Positions 10,677 through 21,875 of a stretch of DNA of 64,000 nt are shown piece after piece. Source of the stretch: Escherichia coli. GTDB taxonomy: Bacteria; Pseudomonadota; Gammaproteobacteria; Enterobacterales; Enterobacteriaceae. The first letter of the stretch is position 1, and the number at the start of each line of letters is the position of its first letter. Below the pieces are notes generated by a model. The model did not search any database. It saw nothing but the letters and a program-made list of their open reading frames with translations, and was not told the DNA's origin. The position numbers and the translations under genes are program-made. The stretch lies in NCBI RefSeq assembly GCF_022846255.1, contig NZ_AP025682.1; one strand, written 5' to 3'.

Positions 10677-13600
10677 TTACGCCTTCTCGATGTTGACTAA
10701 GAACGCTTTATATTCCGGCGTTTGCGAGTTTGCATCACCGACATTCGGCGTCAGAGTGTTAGCGATATAACCTTTACGCGCGACACCCTCAAAGCCCCAG
10801 TGGATCGGAATACCCACCGTTTCAACCTGCTGACCGTTTACATTCAGCGGTTTCAGACGGCGCGTTACCACCGCCACCGCGCGGATAAAGCCACGCTTGC
10901 TTGAGACAGTGACACGATCGCCATTATTAATGCCTTTCGCCGCCGCCAGCGTTTCGCTGATTTCCACAAACTGTTCCGGCTGAGCAATTGCGTTGAGCAA
11001 CGCGTGCTTGGTCCAGGTGTGGAAGTGCTCGGTCAGACGATAGGTCGTACCCACATACGGGAACTGCTCTTTTTTACCCATCCGCAGCGCGTCTTGTTCA
11101 TACAGACGAACGACCGGGTTAGACACCACGTTCGGATGCAGCGGGTTAGTGCCCAGCGGCGTTTCAATCGGCTCGTAGTGTTCCGGGAACGGACCTTCCG
11201 CCATTTTGTTGATGGCAAACAGGCGTCCCATCCCTTCCGGCTGCATGATAAACGGTCCGGTTGGTGTACCTGGCGCGGCATTGCCGAAGTCCGGAATATC
11301 GTTACCCGTCCACTTGCTGCCGTTCCACTGAATCAGCATCCGTTTCGGATCCCACGGTTTACCGTTGATATCCGCCGAAGCACGGTTGTAGAGTACGCGA
11401 CGGTTGAGCGGCCACGCCCAGGCCCATCCCAGCGTATTCCCCAGACCAGATGGGTCAGAGTTATCGCGGTTAGCCATCTGGTTGCCCTGCTCTGTCCAGC
11501 TACCGGTGTAGATCCAGCAAGACGATGCGGTTGTACCGTCATCACGCAGATGCGCAAAGCTACTCAGCAACTGACCTTTCTTCGCAATCAGCACGCCATT
11601 GGCATCATAGAGATCTTCCAGCGCGTAGCCGTTGTTCTCTTTCGCTACTTCGTCAGATTGCGGTTCGTGCGGCTGCTTGTAGTTCCAGCTCATCTTCATC
11701 AGCGGTTCTACGCCTTTACCACCCTCGGCCTGGTACAGCTCGCGCAGATGATGGTAGATACCCGCCAGAATTTCGCCGTCGTTACGTGCTTCGCCCGGCG
11801 CGTCCTGACCTTTCCAGTGCCACTGCAACCAGCGACCGGAGTTAGCGATAGAACCATCTTCTTCAGCAAAGCAGGTCGAAGGCAGACGGAATACTTCAGT
11901 CTGAATAGATGCCGGATCGACATCGTTCGACTCGCCGTGGTTCTGCCAGAAGGTAGAGGTTTCAGTCACCAGCGGATCGATAACCACCATGTACTTCAGT
12001 TTGCTCAGGCAGCTCACCACTTTGTTTTTGTCCGGGAAGGACGCAACCGGGTTAAAGCCCTGGCAGAAATAACCGGTGACTTTGCCTTCGTCCATCATGT
12101 TGAAATACTTGATGACGTCGTAGGTCTGGTCCCACTTCGGCAGCCAGTCGTAGCCCCAGTTGTTCTCTTTCTGCGCGGCATCGCCGTAGAAAGATTTCAT
12201 CAGGCTAACGAAAAACTTCGGATAGTTGCTCCAGTAGTTCACCTGATCAGCCAGCGTCGCTTTCGGCGTGTTCGCTTCCAGATACGACTGCAAATCAACC
12301 TGTTTTTCTGACGGCAGCGTCAGATAACCTGGCAGGCTGGTAGAGAGCAGGCCTAAGTCAGTCAGGCCCTGAATGTTGGAGTGACCACGCAATGCGTTCA
12401 CGCCGCCACCGGCCATACCCATGTTACCGAGCAGCAACTGGATCATCGCCATCGTACGGATGTTCTGCGCACCCACGGTGTGCTGCGTCCAGCCCAGCGC
12501 GTACAGGAAGGTGGTTGTGCGATCCGGTGCGCTGGTGGAGGCCAGCACTTCACACACTTTCAGGAAGTCGGCTTTTGGCGTACCGCAAATGTTTTCTACT
12601 ACGTCCGGCGTGTAGCGGGAAACGTGCGCTTTCAGCAGATTCCATACACAGCGCGGATGAGTCAGCGTGTCATCGCGTTTCGCATAGCCGTTTTCATCGA
12701 ACTGATAGTTCCAGGACGACTTATCGTATTGACGTTTTTCAGCGTCGTAGCCGCTGAACAGACCGTCTTCGAAAGCAAAATCATCACGCACCAGCAGGCT
12801 GGCGTTGGTGTAATGCTTAACGTATTCGGCGTTGATTTTGTTGTTTTCGATCAGGTAGCGCAAAACGCCAGACAGGAACGTAATGTCCGTACCGGAACGA
12901 ATAGGTGCGTAAATATCCGCCACAGAAGCGGTACGCGTAAAACGGGGATCGACAACGATCAAGGTTGCATCGTTGTTGTTTTTCGCTTCCATCGCCCAGC
13001 GGAAACCGACGGGATGCGCTTCAGCAGCGTTACCGCCCATCACCATTACGACGTTAGCGTTTTTGATATCCACCCAGTGGTTGGTCATCGCACCGCGACC
13101 AAATGTTGGAGCAAGACTTGCTACCGTTGGTCCGTGTCAGACGCGCGCCTGGTTGTCTACCGCCAGCATCCCGAGGGAGCGGGCAAATTTTTGAGTCAGC
13201 ATCCCGGTTTCGTTGCTGGCACCGGAAGCACACAGCATACCGGTAGAAAGCCAACGGTTTACCGTTACGCCCTGCTCGTTCTTTTCAATAAAGTTAGCGT
13301 CACGGTCGGCTTTCATCAGCTTCGCAATACGGGAGAATGCTTCTTCCCAGCTAATGCGCTGCCATTTGTCAGAACCTGGCGCACGATATTCCGGGTAGCG
13401 CAGACGGTTTTCGCTGTTGACGTAATCCAGCAAACCGGCCCCTTTCGGGCACAGCGCACCACGGCTTACCGGATGATCCGGGTCACCTTCAATGTGATAA
13501 ATCGCTTCTCTGGCGTTTTTCGCGCCATCACCCAGGCTATACATCAATAGCCCGCAACCTACGGAACAGTATGTGCAGGTGTTACGGATCTCTTTCGCGC

Positions 13601-13724
13601 GTAATAATTTGTAGTTTCGCGCCTGAGCCAGTGCTTGCTTCGGGGCAAAGCCCAATGCTGCTACTGTTGTTCCCGCCATACCGCCCGCGCAGATTTTAAA
13701 AAATTGTCTGCGACTGACGTCCAT
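10677..13724 (-). CDS. fdnG: formate dehydrogenase-N catalytic (alpha) subunit, selenocysteine-containing
   Basis: Two track ORFs (13137..13724 and 10677..13088) are in the same frame, separated only by a TGA at 13137..13139; N-terminus MDVSRRQFFKICAGG is a twin-arginine signal; total 1016 codons. Confidence 0.95.
13089..13136 (-). other. region expected to carry the SECIS stem-loop directing Sec insertion at the fdnG UGA
   Basis: Immediately 3' of the in-frame UGA on the mRNA; inferred from bacterial selenoprotein biology, structure not folded here. Confidence 0.5.
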
Positions 13725-13843
13725 TGCTTTCCTCTTTTTTCAGGGGTATTACTGCGCGAGGAAACTAACAGTAAAATTCTGAATCTTTTTGCGCGAAATC
13801 AAAAAGAACACGTGTTTGCCACAAAATAATCCTCCTGCGCAAA

Positions 13844-13857
13844 TTGACCTACCTCAA
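13844..13857 (-). promoter_or_regulatory. candidate FNR site in the fdnG-yddG divergent intergenic region
   Basis: TTGAC-N4-CTCAA resembles the TTGAT-N4-ATCAA consensus, about 120 bp upstream of the fdnG start; fdnG is known to be FNR-activated. Confidence 0.35.
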
Positions 13858-13956
13858 TAGCGGTAGAAAAACGCACCACTGCCTGACAGGCCAGTTAAAA
13901 AAAATGCTATAAAATTCAGCTTAATTTTTAACGGCAAGAGAGACAAAACAGCGAGC

Positions 13957-14838
13957 ATGACACGACAAAAAGCAACGCTCATAGGGCTAATAGCGATCGT
14001 CCTGTGGAGCACGATGGTAGGATTGATTCGCGGTGTCAGTGAGGGACTCGGCCCGGTCGGCGGCGCAGCTGCTATCTATTCATTAAGCGGGCTGCTGTTA
14101 ATCTTCACGGTTGGATTTCCGCGTATTCGGCAGATCCCGAAAGGCTATTTACTCGCCGGGAGTCTGTTATTCGTCAGCTATGAAATCTGTCTGGCGCTTT
14201 CCTTAGGGTATGCGGCGACCCGTCATCAGGCGATTGAAGTGGGGATGGTGAACTATCTGTGGCCCAGCCTGACAATTCTCTTTGCCATTCTGTTTAATGG
14301 TCAGAAAACCAACTGGCTGATTGTACCAGGATTATTATTAGCCCTGGTCGGCGTCTGCTGGGTGTTAGGCGGTGACAATGGGTTACATTATGATCAAATT
14401 ATTAATAATATCACCACCAGCCCATTGAGTTATTTCCTGGCGTTCATTGGGGCGTTTATCTGGGCAGCCTACTGCACAGTAACGAATAAATACGCACGCG
14501 GATTTAACGGAATTACCGTTTTTGTCCTGCTAACGGGAGCAAGTCTGTGGGTTTACTATTTTCTTACGCCACAACCAGAAATGGTATTTAGCACGCCCGT
14601 CATGATTAAACTCATCTCTGCGGCATTTACCTTAGGATTTGCTTATGCTGCATGGAATGTCGGTATATTACATGGCAACGTCACCATAATGGCGGTAGGT
14701 TCGTATTTTACGCCCGTCCTTTCCTCAGCGCTTGCAGCCGTGCTGCTCAGCGCCCCGCTGTCGTTCTCGTTCTGGCAAGGCGCGCTAATGGTCTGCGGCG
14801 GTTCCCTGCTCTGCTGGCTGGCGACACGTCGTGGCTAA
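13957..14838 (+). CDS. yddG: aromatic amino acid exporter (DMT family)
   Basis: 293-aa polytopic membrane protein matching remembered YddG. Confidence 0.9.
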   Translation: MTRQKATLIGLIAIVLWSTMVGLIRGVSEGLGPVGGAAAIYSLSGLLLIFTVGFPRIRQIPKGYLLAGSLLFVSYEICLALSLGYAATRHQAIEVGMVNYLWPSLTILFAILFNGQKTNWLIVPGLLLALVGVCWVLGGDNGLHYDQIINNITTSPLSYFLAFIGAFIWAAYCTVTNKYARGFNGITVFVLLTGASLWVYYFLTPQPEMVFSTPVMIKLISAAFTLGFAYAAWNVGILHGNVTIMAVGSYFTPVLSSALAAVLLSAPLSFSFWQGALMVCGGSLLCWLATRRG

Positions 14839-15110
14839 AATAATTGTCGGGTCTACGGCCCGGCAGTTAATCAGATAAATTCTGACAATATTAAAAAATA
14901 AATTTCAAATACCAGAAAGTCATTTTAGTTACATTTAGTAACACATATCTGTCTGTTTATTCCACATTCTGCCCCCGCAGTTACGCTTTCTTATCTATTC
15001 TTCTAATCAGCACTTCACCTGATTCATCCTTAATTCTAATAACTGGCTATTGCGCCTTACCTCCTGTTTTGTCTTTTTTTCATTACCAATGTGTGCATGT
15101 GAGGAACAAT

Positions 15111-16499
15111 ATGGCACTGCAAAATGAGAAAAATAGTCGTTATCTTTTACGCGACTGGAAACCAGAAAATCCGGCCTTCTGGGAAAATAAAGGAAAGCAT
15201 ATTGCACGAAGAAACCTCTGGATATCAGTCAGTTGCCTACTTCTTGCCTTCTGTGTCTGGATGCTATTTAGCGCAGTTACTGTTAATCTCAATAAAATCG
15301 GTTTTAATTTCACTACCGATCAACTCTTTTTATTAACCGCATTACCCTCCGTTTCTGGCGCATTATTGCGTGTCCCCTACTCCTTTATGGTGCCTATATT
15401 CGGTGGACGCCGATGGACGGTTTTTAGTACTGCAATCCTGATTATTCCTTGCGTCTGGCTCGGAATTGCCGTGCAAAATCCGAATACCCCTTTTGGGATA
15501 TTTATCGTTATCGCTTTGCTATGCGGTTTTGCAGGTGCGAACTTTGCTTCGAGCATGGGCAATATCAGTTTCTTCTTTCCAAAAGCCAAACAAGGGAGCG
15601 CTCTTGGGATTAATGGCGGATTAGGAAACTTAGGTGTAAGTGTGATGCAGCTGGTTGCACCGCTGGTCATTTTTGTCCCCGTATTTGCCTTTCTCGGCGT
15701 CAATGGCGTACCGCAGGCCGACGGTTCGGTGATGTCGCTGGCGAATGCCGCATGGATTTGGGTGCCATTACTGGCGATTGCCACGATCGCCGCCTGGTCA
15801 GGGATGAATGATATCGCCAGTTCACGCGCCTCAATTGCCGACCAGCTCCCTGTCTTGCAACGCCTGCATCTCTGGCTGCTGAGCCTGCTTTATCTTGCCA
15901 CCTTCGGTTCGTTTATCGGTTTTTCTGCGGGTTTTGCCATGCTGGCAAAAACCCAGTTCCCGGATGTGAATATTCTGCGCCTGGCGTTCTTTGGCCCATT
16001 TATCGGTGCCATCGCGCGATCGGTTGGTGGTGCTATTTCCGATAAATTCGGCGGCGTGCGGGTGACGTTGATCAACTTCATTTTTATGGCGATTTTCAGC
16101 GCCCTGCTGTTCCTTACCTTACCGGGCACAGGCTCCGGTAATTTCATCGCATTTTACGCCGTATTTATGGGGCTGTTTCTGACCGCGGGTCTGGGAAGTG
16201 GTTCTACTTTCCAGATGATCGCCGTCATCTTTCGCCAGATAACAATTTATCGGGTGAAGATGAAAGGCGGTAGTGATGAGCAAGCTCAAAGAGAAGCCGT
16301 CACCGAAACGGCAGCCGCTCTGGGCTTTATCTCAGCCATTGGCGCAGTGGGCGGCTTTTTTATTCCGCAGGCGTTTGGCATGTCGCTCAATATGACCGGC
16401 TCTCCGGTGGGCGCGATGAAAGTGTTTTTAATCTTCTACATCGTTTGTGTGCTACTGACCTGGCTGGTTTATGGTCGGCGGAAGTTCAGCCAAAAATAA
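15111..16499 (+). CDS. narU: nitrate/nitrite transporter (MFS)
   Basis: 462-aa product beginning MALQNEKNSRYLLRDWKPENPAFWENKGK; NarK-like. Confidence 0.95.
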   Translation: MALQNEKNSRYLLRDWKPENPAFWENKGKHIARRNLWISVSCLLLAFCVWMLFSAVTVNLNKIGFNFTTDQLFLLTALPSVSGALLRVPYSFMVPIFGGRRWTVFSTAILIIPCVWLGIAVQNPNTPFGIFIVIALLCGFAGANFASSMGNISFFFPKAKQGSALGINGGLGNLGVSVMQLVAPLVIFVPVFAFLGVNGVPQADGSVMSLANAAWIWVPLLAIATIAAWSGMNDIASSRASIADQLPVLQRLHLWLLSLLYLATFGSFIGFSAGFAMLAKTQFPDVNILRLAFFGPFIGAIARSVGGAISDKFGGVRVTLINFIFMAIFSALLFLTLPGTGSGNFIAFYAVFMGLFLTAGLGSGSTFQMIAVIFRQITIYRVKMKGGSDEQAQREAVTETAAALGFISAIGAVGGFFIPQAFGMSLNMTGSPVGAMKVFLIFYIVCVLLTWLVYGRRKFSQK

Positions 16500-16507
16500 G
16501 AGATCGA

Positions 16508-16530
16508 TGCCTGACACGTCTTATCAGGCT
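16508..16530. repeat. REP-like palindromic element in the narU-narZ spacer
   Basis: gcctgacacgtcttatcaggc resembles the REP unit seen at 24228. Confidence 0.3.
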
Positions 16531-16593
16531 ACAACCGTGTCTCATCCGACAAGGCATCAGATCCCAATTCATTCCTGGAGCAGGAGTTATGTC

Positions 16594-19500
16594 ATGAGTA
16601 AACTTTTGGATCGCTTTCGCTACTTCAAACAAAAGGGCGAAACCTTTGCCGATGGTCACGGACAGGTGATGCATAGCAACCGCGACTGGGAGGACAGCTA
16701 TCGCCAGCGTTGGCAGTTCGACAAAATCGTGCGTTCCACCCACGGTGTTAACTGTACAGGCTCCTGCAGCTGGAAAATCTACGTTAAAAATGGTCTGGTG
16801 ACCTGGGAAATCCAACAGACCGACTACCCGCGCACTCGCCCTGACCTGCCAAATCATGAACCTCGCGGCTGCCCGCGTGGCGCAAGTTACTCCTGGTATC
16901 TCTACAGCGCTAACCGCCTGAAATACCCGCTCATTCGTAAACGACTGATTGAACTGTGGCGCGAAGCCCTCAAACAACACAGCGATCCGGTACTGGCGTG
17001 GGCATCGATTATGAACGATCCGCAAAAGAGCCTGAGCTACAAACAAGTGCGTGGACGCGGTGGCTTTATCCGCTCCAACTGGCAGGAGCTAAATCAGCTG
17101 ATTGCCGCCGCTAACGTCTGGACCATCAAAACTTACGGCCCGGATCGCGTTGCCGGTTTCTCGCCGATTCCGGCGATGTCGATGGTTTCTTACGCCGCCG
17201 GAACACGCTATCTGTCGTTGTTAGGTGGCACCTGTTTAAGCTTCTACGACTGGTATTGCGACCTGCCGCCCGCCTCGCCGATGACCTGGGGCGAGCAAAC
17301 CGACGTACCGGAATCTGCCGACTGGTATAACTCCAGTTACATCATCGCCTGGGGGTCTAACGTACCGCAGACACGTACGCCGGACGCCCATTTCTTTACC
17401 GAAGTACGCTACAAAGGCACTAAAACCATCGCCATTACCCCTGACTACTCTGAAGTGGCCAAATTGTGCGACCAGTGGCTGGCACCGAAACAAGGCACTG
17501 ATAGTGCCCTGGCAATGGCAATGGGCCATGTCATTTTAAAAGAGTTTCATCTCGATAATCCCAGCGATTATTTTATCAACTACTGCCGCCGCTACAGCGA
17601 CATGCCGATGCTGGTAATGCTGGAACCTCGCGACGACGGCAGCTACGTTCCCGGGCGCATGGTCCGCGCATCTGACCTGGTGGATGGACTGGGCGAAAGC
17701 AATAATCCGCAGTGGAAAACCGTGGCAGTTAATACCGCAGGTGAATTGGTAGTGCCGAACGGTTCGATTGGTTTTCGCTGGGGAGAAAAAGGCAAATGGA
17801 ACCTGGAATCCATTGCCGCCGGTACGGAAACCGAATTGTCGTTAACCCTGCTCGGTCAACATGACGCCGTTGCAGGCGTGGCCTTCCCCTACTTTGGCGG
17901 CATTGAAAATCCACATTTTCGCAGCGTAAAACACAATCCTGTCCTGGTGCGCCAATTGCCCGTTAAAAACCTGACATTAGCCGATGGTAGCACCTGTCCG
18001 GTGGTCAGCGTTTATGATTTGGTACTGGCGAATTACGGCCTCGATCGCGGGCTGGAAGATGAAAACAGCGCGAAAGATTACGCTGAAATCAAACCTTATA
18101 CCCCTGCCTGGGGCGAGCAAATTACCGGCGTTCCGCGCCAGTATATTGAAACCATCGCCCGTGAATTTGCCGATACCGCCCATAAAACGCATGGGCGCTC
18201 GATGATTATTCTCGGCGCAGGTGTTAACCACTGGTATCACATGGACATGAACTACCGCGGGATGATCAATATGCTGATCTTCTGCGGTTGTGTCGGGCAA
18301 AGCGGTGGCGGCTGGGCACACTATGTCGGTCAGGAAAAACTGCGCCCGCAAACCGGCTGGCTGCCTCTGGCCTTTGCGCTCGACTGGAACCGACCACCGC
18401 GCCAGATGAACAGCACCTCGTTTTTCTACAATCACTCCAGCCAGTGGCGCTATGAAAAAGTCACCGCGCAGGAATTGCTCTCACCGCTCGCCGATGCCAG
18501 TAAATACAGCGGTCACCTGATTGATTTCAACGTTCGCGCCGAACGTATGGGCTGGCTACCTTCTGCGCCGCAGCTGGGGCGTAACCCGCTCTCCCTGAAA
18601 GCCGAAGCCGACAAGGCCGGATTGTCACCCGCCGAATTTACCGTCCAGGCACTGAAGTCAGGCGAATTACGCATGGCCTGCGAACAGCCGGACAACGGCA
18701 GCAACCATCCGCGTAACCTGTTTGTCTGGCGTTCAAACCTGCTTGGCTCTTCCGGCAAGGGCCACGAGTATATGCAGAAGTATCTGCTGGGTACGAAAAG
18801 TGGCATTCAGGGGGAAGAACTTGGACCGACGGAGGGAATCCAACCAGAAGAAGTCGAGTGGCAAACTGCGGCGATTGAAGGCAAGCTCGACCTGCTGGTG
18901 ACGCTCGACTTCCGCATGTCCAGTACCTGCCTGTTCTCCGATATCGTTCTGCCCACCGCCACCTGGTACGAAAAAGACGATATGAATACCTCGGATATGC
19001 ATCCATTTATTCATCCGCTTTCTGCGGCGGTCGATCCGGCGTGGGAATCACGCAGCGACTGGGAAATCTACAAAGGTATCGCTAAAGCCTTTTCGCAAGT
19101 GTGCATAGGGCATCTCGGCAAAGAAACCGACGTGGTATTACAACCACTGCTGCATGACTCCCCGGCAGAGCTTTCACAGCCGTGTGAAGTGCTCGACTGG
19201 CGCAAAGGTGAATGCGATCTGATTCCAGGCAAAACCGCGCCGAATATTGTGGCGGTGGAGCGCGACTACCCTGCTACCTATGAACGCTTTACCTCACTCG
19301 GGCCATTGATGGACAAACTTGGCAACGGCGGTAAAGGGATTTCGTGGAATACCCAGGATGAAATTGATTTCCTCGGTAAACTCAATTACACCAAGCGTGA
19401 TGGCCCGGCAAAGGGGCGTCCGCTGATTGACACCGCCATTGACGCATCAGAAGTGATTCTGGCACTGGCACCGGAAACCAACGGCCATGTTGCAGTCAAA

Positions 19501-20334
19501 GCGTGGCAAGCGCTGGGCGAGATCACCGGACGCGAACATACCCATCTGGCGCTGCACAAAGAGGACGAGAAGATTCGCTTTCGCGATATTCAGGCGCAGC
19601 CGCGTAAAATTATCTCCAGCCCCACATGGTCTGGTCTGGAAAGCGATCACGTTTCCTATAACGCGGGATACACCAACGTTCATGAGTTAATTCCGTGGCG
19701 CACGCTGTCAGGACGCCAGCAACTCTATCAGGATCATCCGTGGATGCGTGCTTTTGGTGAAAGTCTGGTGGCTTATCGCCCGCCTATCGACACCCGTAGC
19801 GTCAGTGAAATGCGCCAGATACCGCCAAACGGCTTCCCGGAGAAAGCCCTTAACTTCCTGACGCCGCACCAGAAATGGGGCATTCACTCAACCTACAGTG
19901 AAAACCTGCTAATGCTGACGCTCTCTCGCGGTGGACCGATTGTCTGGCTCAGCGAAACCGATGCCCGTGAACTGACCATTGTCGATAACGACTGGGTGGA
20001 AGTGTTTAACGCCAATGGCGCGCTGACTGCCCGCGCGGTGGTCAGCCAGCGTGTACCGCCGGGCATGACCATGATGTATCACGCTCAGGAACGCATTATG
20101 AATATTCCTGGTTCGGAAGTAACTGGCATGCGCGGCGGCATTCATAACTCGGTCACCCGCGTTTGTCCGAAACCAACGCATATGATTGGCGGTTACGCGC
20201 AGCTGGCCTGGGGCTTTAACTACTACGGCACCGTCGGCTCAAACCGCGACGAATTCATCATGATCCGCAAGATGAAGAACGTTAACTGGCTGGATGATGA
20301 AGGTCGCGATCAGGTACAGGAGGCGAAAAAATGA
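16594..20334 (+). CDS. narZ: respiratory nitrate reductase Z alpha subunit
   Basis: 1246-aa product beginning MSKLLDRFRYFKQKGETFADGHGQ (track ORF starts earlier at 16471); molybdopterin oxidoreductase. Confidence 0.95.
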   Translation: MSKLLDRFRYFKQKGETFADGHGQVMHSNRDWEDSYRQRWQFDKIVRSTHGVNCTGSCSWKIYVKNGLVTWEIQQTDYPRTRPDLPNHEPRGCPRGASYSWYLYSANRLKYPLIRKRLIELWREALKQHSDPVLAWASIMNDPQKSLSYKQVRGRGGFIRSNWQELNQLIAAANVWTIKTYGPDRVAGFSPIPAMSMVSYAAGTRYLSLLGGTCLSFYDWYCDLPPASPMTWGEQTDVPESADWYNSSYIIAWGSNVPQTRTPDAHFFTEVRYKGTKTIAITPDYSEVAKLCDQWLAPKQGTDSALAMAMGHVILKEFHLDNPSDYFINYCRRYSDMPMLVMLEPRDDGSYVPGRMVRASDLVDGLGESNNPQWKTVAVNTAGELVVPNGSIGFRWGEKGKWNLESIAAGTETELSLTLLGQHDAVAGVAFPYFGGIENPHFRSVKHNPVLVRQLPVKNLTLADGSTCPVVSVYDLVLANYGLDRGLEDENSAKDYAEIKPYTPAWGEQITGVPRQYIETIAREFADTAHKTHGRSMIILGAGVNHWYHMDMNYRGMINMLIFCGCVGQSGGGWAHYVGQEKLRPQTGWLPLAFALDWNRPPRQMNSTSFFYNHSSQWRYEKVTAQELLSPLADASKYSGHLIDFNVRAERMGWLPSAPQLGRNPLSLKAEADKAGLSPAEFTVQALKSGELRMACEQPDNGSNHPRNLFVWRSNLLGSSGKGHEYMQKYLLGTKSGIQGEELGPTEGIQPEEVEWQTAAIEGKLDLLVTLDFRMSSTCLFSDIVLPTATWYEKDDMNTSDMHPFIHPLSAAVDPAWESRSDWEIYKGIAKAFSQVCIGHLGKETDVVLQPLLHDSPAELSQPCEVLDWRKGECDLIPGKTAPNIVAVERDYPATYERFTSLGPLMDKLGNGGKGISWNTQDEIDFLGKLNYTKRDGPAKGRPLIDTAIDASEVILALAPETNGHVAVKAWQALGEITGREHTHLALHKEDEKIRFRDIQAQPRKIISSPTWSGLESDHVSYNAGYTNVHELIPWRTLSGRQQLYQDHPWMRAFGESLVAYRPPIDTRSVSEMRQIPPNGFPEKALNFLTPHQKWGIHSTYSENLLMLTLSRGGPIVWLSETDARELTIVDNDWVEVFNANGALTARAVVSQRVPPGMTMMYHAQERIMNIPGSEVTGMRGGIHNSVTRVCPKPTHMIGGYAQLAWGFNYYGTVGSNRDEFIMIRKMKNVNWLDDEGRDQVQEAKK

Positions 20335-21875
20335 AAATACGTTCGCAAGTCGGCATGGTGCTTAACCTCGATAAATGTATCGGCTGCCATACCTGTTCGG
20401 TGACCTGTAAAAACGTCTGGACCGGACGCGAAGGCATGGAGTACGCATGGTTTAACAACGTCGAAACCAAACCGGGCATTGGTTATCCGAAAAACTGGGA
20501 AGATCAGGAAGAGTGGCAAGGCGGCTGGGTGCGTGATGTGAATGGCAAGATCCGCCCGCGTCTGGGCAGCAAGATGGGCGTAATAACCAAAATCTTCGCC
20601 AACCCGGTGGTGCCGCAGATTGATGATTACTACGAACCTTTCACCTTCGACTACGAACATTTGCATAGCGCACCGGAAGGCAAACATATCCCTACTGCTC
20701 GCCCGCGTTCACTGATTGACGGCAAACGGATGGACAAAGTGATCTGGGGGCCAAACTGGGAAGAATTGTTGGGCGGCGAATTCGAAAAACGCGCCCGTGA
20801 CCGCAACTTCGAGGCCATGCAAAAGGAGATGTACGGGCAGTTTGAAAACACCTTCATGATGTACCTGCCGCGCTTGTGCGAACACTGCCTCAATCCCAGT
20901 TGCGTGGCGACCTGCCCAAGCGGCGCTATCTACAAACGCGAAGAAGACGGCATTGTGCTGATCGATCAGGATAAATGCCGTGGCTGGCGTTTGTGCATTA
21001 GCGGTTGTCCGTACAAAAAAATCTACTTCAACTGGAAAAGCGGCAAGTCAGAAAAATGTATCTTCTGTTACCCACGAATTGAGTCAGGCCAACCCACCGT
21101 GTGCTCAGAAACCTGCGTGGGTCGCATCCGGTATCTGGGCGTGCTGCTTTACGACGCCGACCGCATCGAGGAAGCGGCGAGCACCGAGCGCGAAGTTGAC
21201 CTCTATGAACGCCAGTGCGAAGTGTTCCTCGATCCGCACGATCCCTCAGTGATCGAAGAAGCCCTGAAACAAGGTATTCCACAAAACGTGATTGACGCTG
21301 CCCAGCGTTCGCCAGTCTACAAAATGGCAATGGACTGGAAACTGGCGCTACCGCTGCACCCTGAATACCGCACCCTGCCGATGGTCTGGTACGTTCCGCC
21401 GCTGTCACCGATTCAGTCCTACGCTGATGCGGGAGGTTTGCCGAAAAGCGAAGGCGTGCTGCCCGCCATCGAAAGCCTGCGTATTCCGGTGCAATATCTC
21501 GCCAATATGTTGAGTGCCGGTGATACCGGTCCGGTACTGCGGGCGCTGAAACGGATGATGGCGATGCGCCACTATATGCGTTCACAAACCGTGGAAGGCG
21601 TTACTGATACTCGTGCCATCGACGAAGTAGGTCTGAGCGTCGCCCAGGTCGAAGAGATGTATCGTTACCTCGCCATTGCCAACTATGAAGACCGTTTTGT
21701 CATCCCGACAAGCCATCGGGAAATGGCGGGCGATGCCTTCGCAGAACGCAACGGCTGCGGTTTTACCTTTGGCGACGGTTGCCACGGCTCGGACAGCAAA
21801 TTCAACCTGTTCAACAGTAGCCGTATCGATGCCATCAACATCACCGAAGTGCGCGACAAAGCGGAGGGCGAATAA
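20331..21875 (+). CDS. narY: respiratory nitrate reductase Z beta subunit (Fe-S)
   Basis: 514 aa with multiple Cys clusters; 4-nt overlap with narZ stop. Confidence 0.95.
   Translation: MKIRSQVGMVLNLDKCIGCHTCSVTCKNVWTGREGMEYAWFNNVETKPGIGYPKNWEDQEEWQGGWVRDVNGKIRPRLGSKMGVITKIFANPVVPQIDDYYEPFTFDYEHLHSAPEGKHIPTARPRSLIDGKRMDKVIWGPNWEELLGGEFEKRARDRNFEAMQKEMYGQFENTFMMYLPRLCEHCLNPSCVATCPSGAIYKREEDGIVLIDQDKCRGWRLCISGCPYKKIYFNWKSGKSEKCIFCYPRIESGQPTVCSETCVGRIRYLGVLLYDADRIEEAASTEREVDLYERQCEVFLDPHDPSVIEEALKQGIPQNVIDAAQRSPVYKMAMDWKLALPLHPEYRTLPMVWYVPPLSPIQSYADAGGLPKSEGVLPAIESLRIPVQYLANMLSAGDTGPVLRALKRMMAMRHYMRSQTVEGVTDTRAIDEVGLSVAQVEEMYRYLAIANYEDRFVIPTSHREMAGDAFAERNGCGFTFGDGCHGSDSKFNLFNSSRIDAINITEVRDKAEGE

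Noticed and set aside
9197-10700. Plus-strand ORFs (224 aa and 314 aa) antisense to fdnI/fdnH
   Set aside because: Same reasoning: antisense shadows of real genes, Arg/His-rich, no conserved motifs.
11004-13550. Long plus-strand ORFs (435 aa at 11004..12311 and 389 aa at 12381..13550) inside the fdnG region
   Set aside because: They lie antisense to the well-supported fdnG coding sequence, have Arg/His/Val-rich low-complexity composition typical of reverse-frame translation of GC-rich genes, and no recognisable domains.
16471-16593. N-terminal extensions of track ORFs (narZ from 16471, yncD from 36554, curA to 40818, tehA to 58843, ydcO from 53105, mnaT from 40843, maeA from 5785)
   Set aside because: The conserved protein sequences begin at internal start codons; the extensions overlap upstream genes or promoters and reflect longest-ORF calling.
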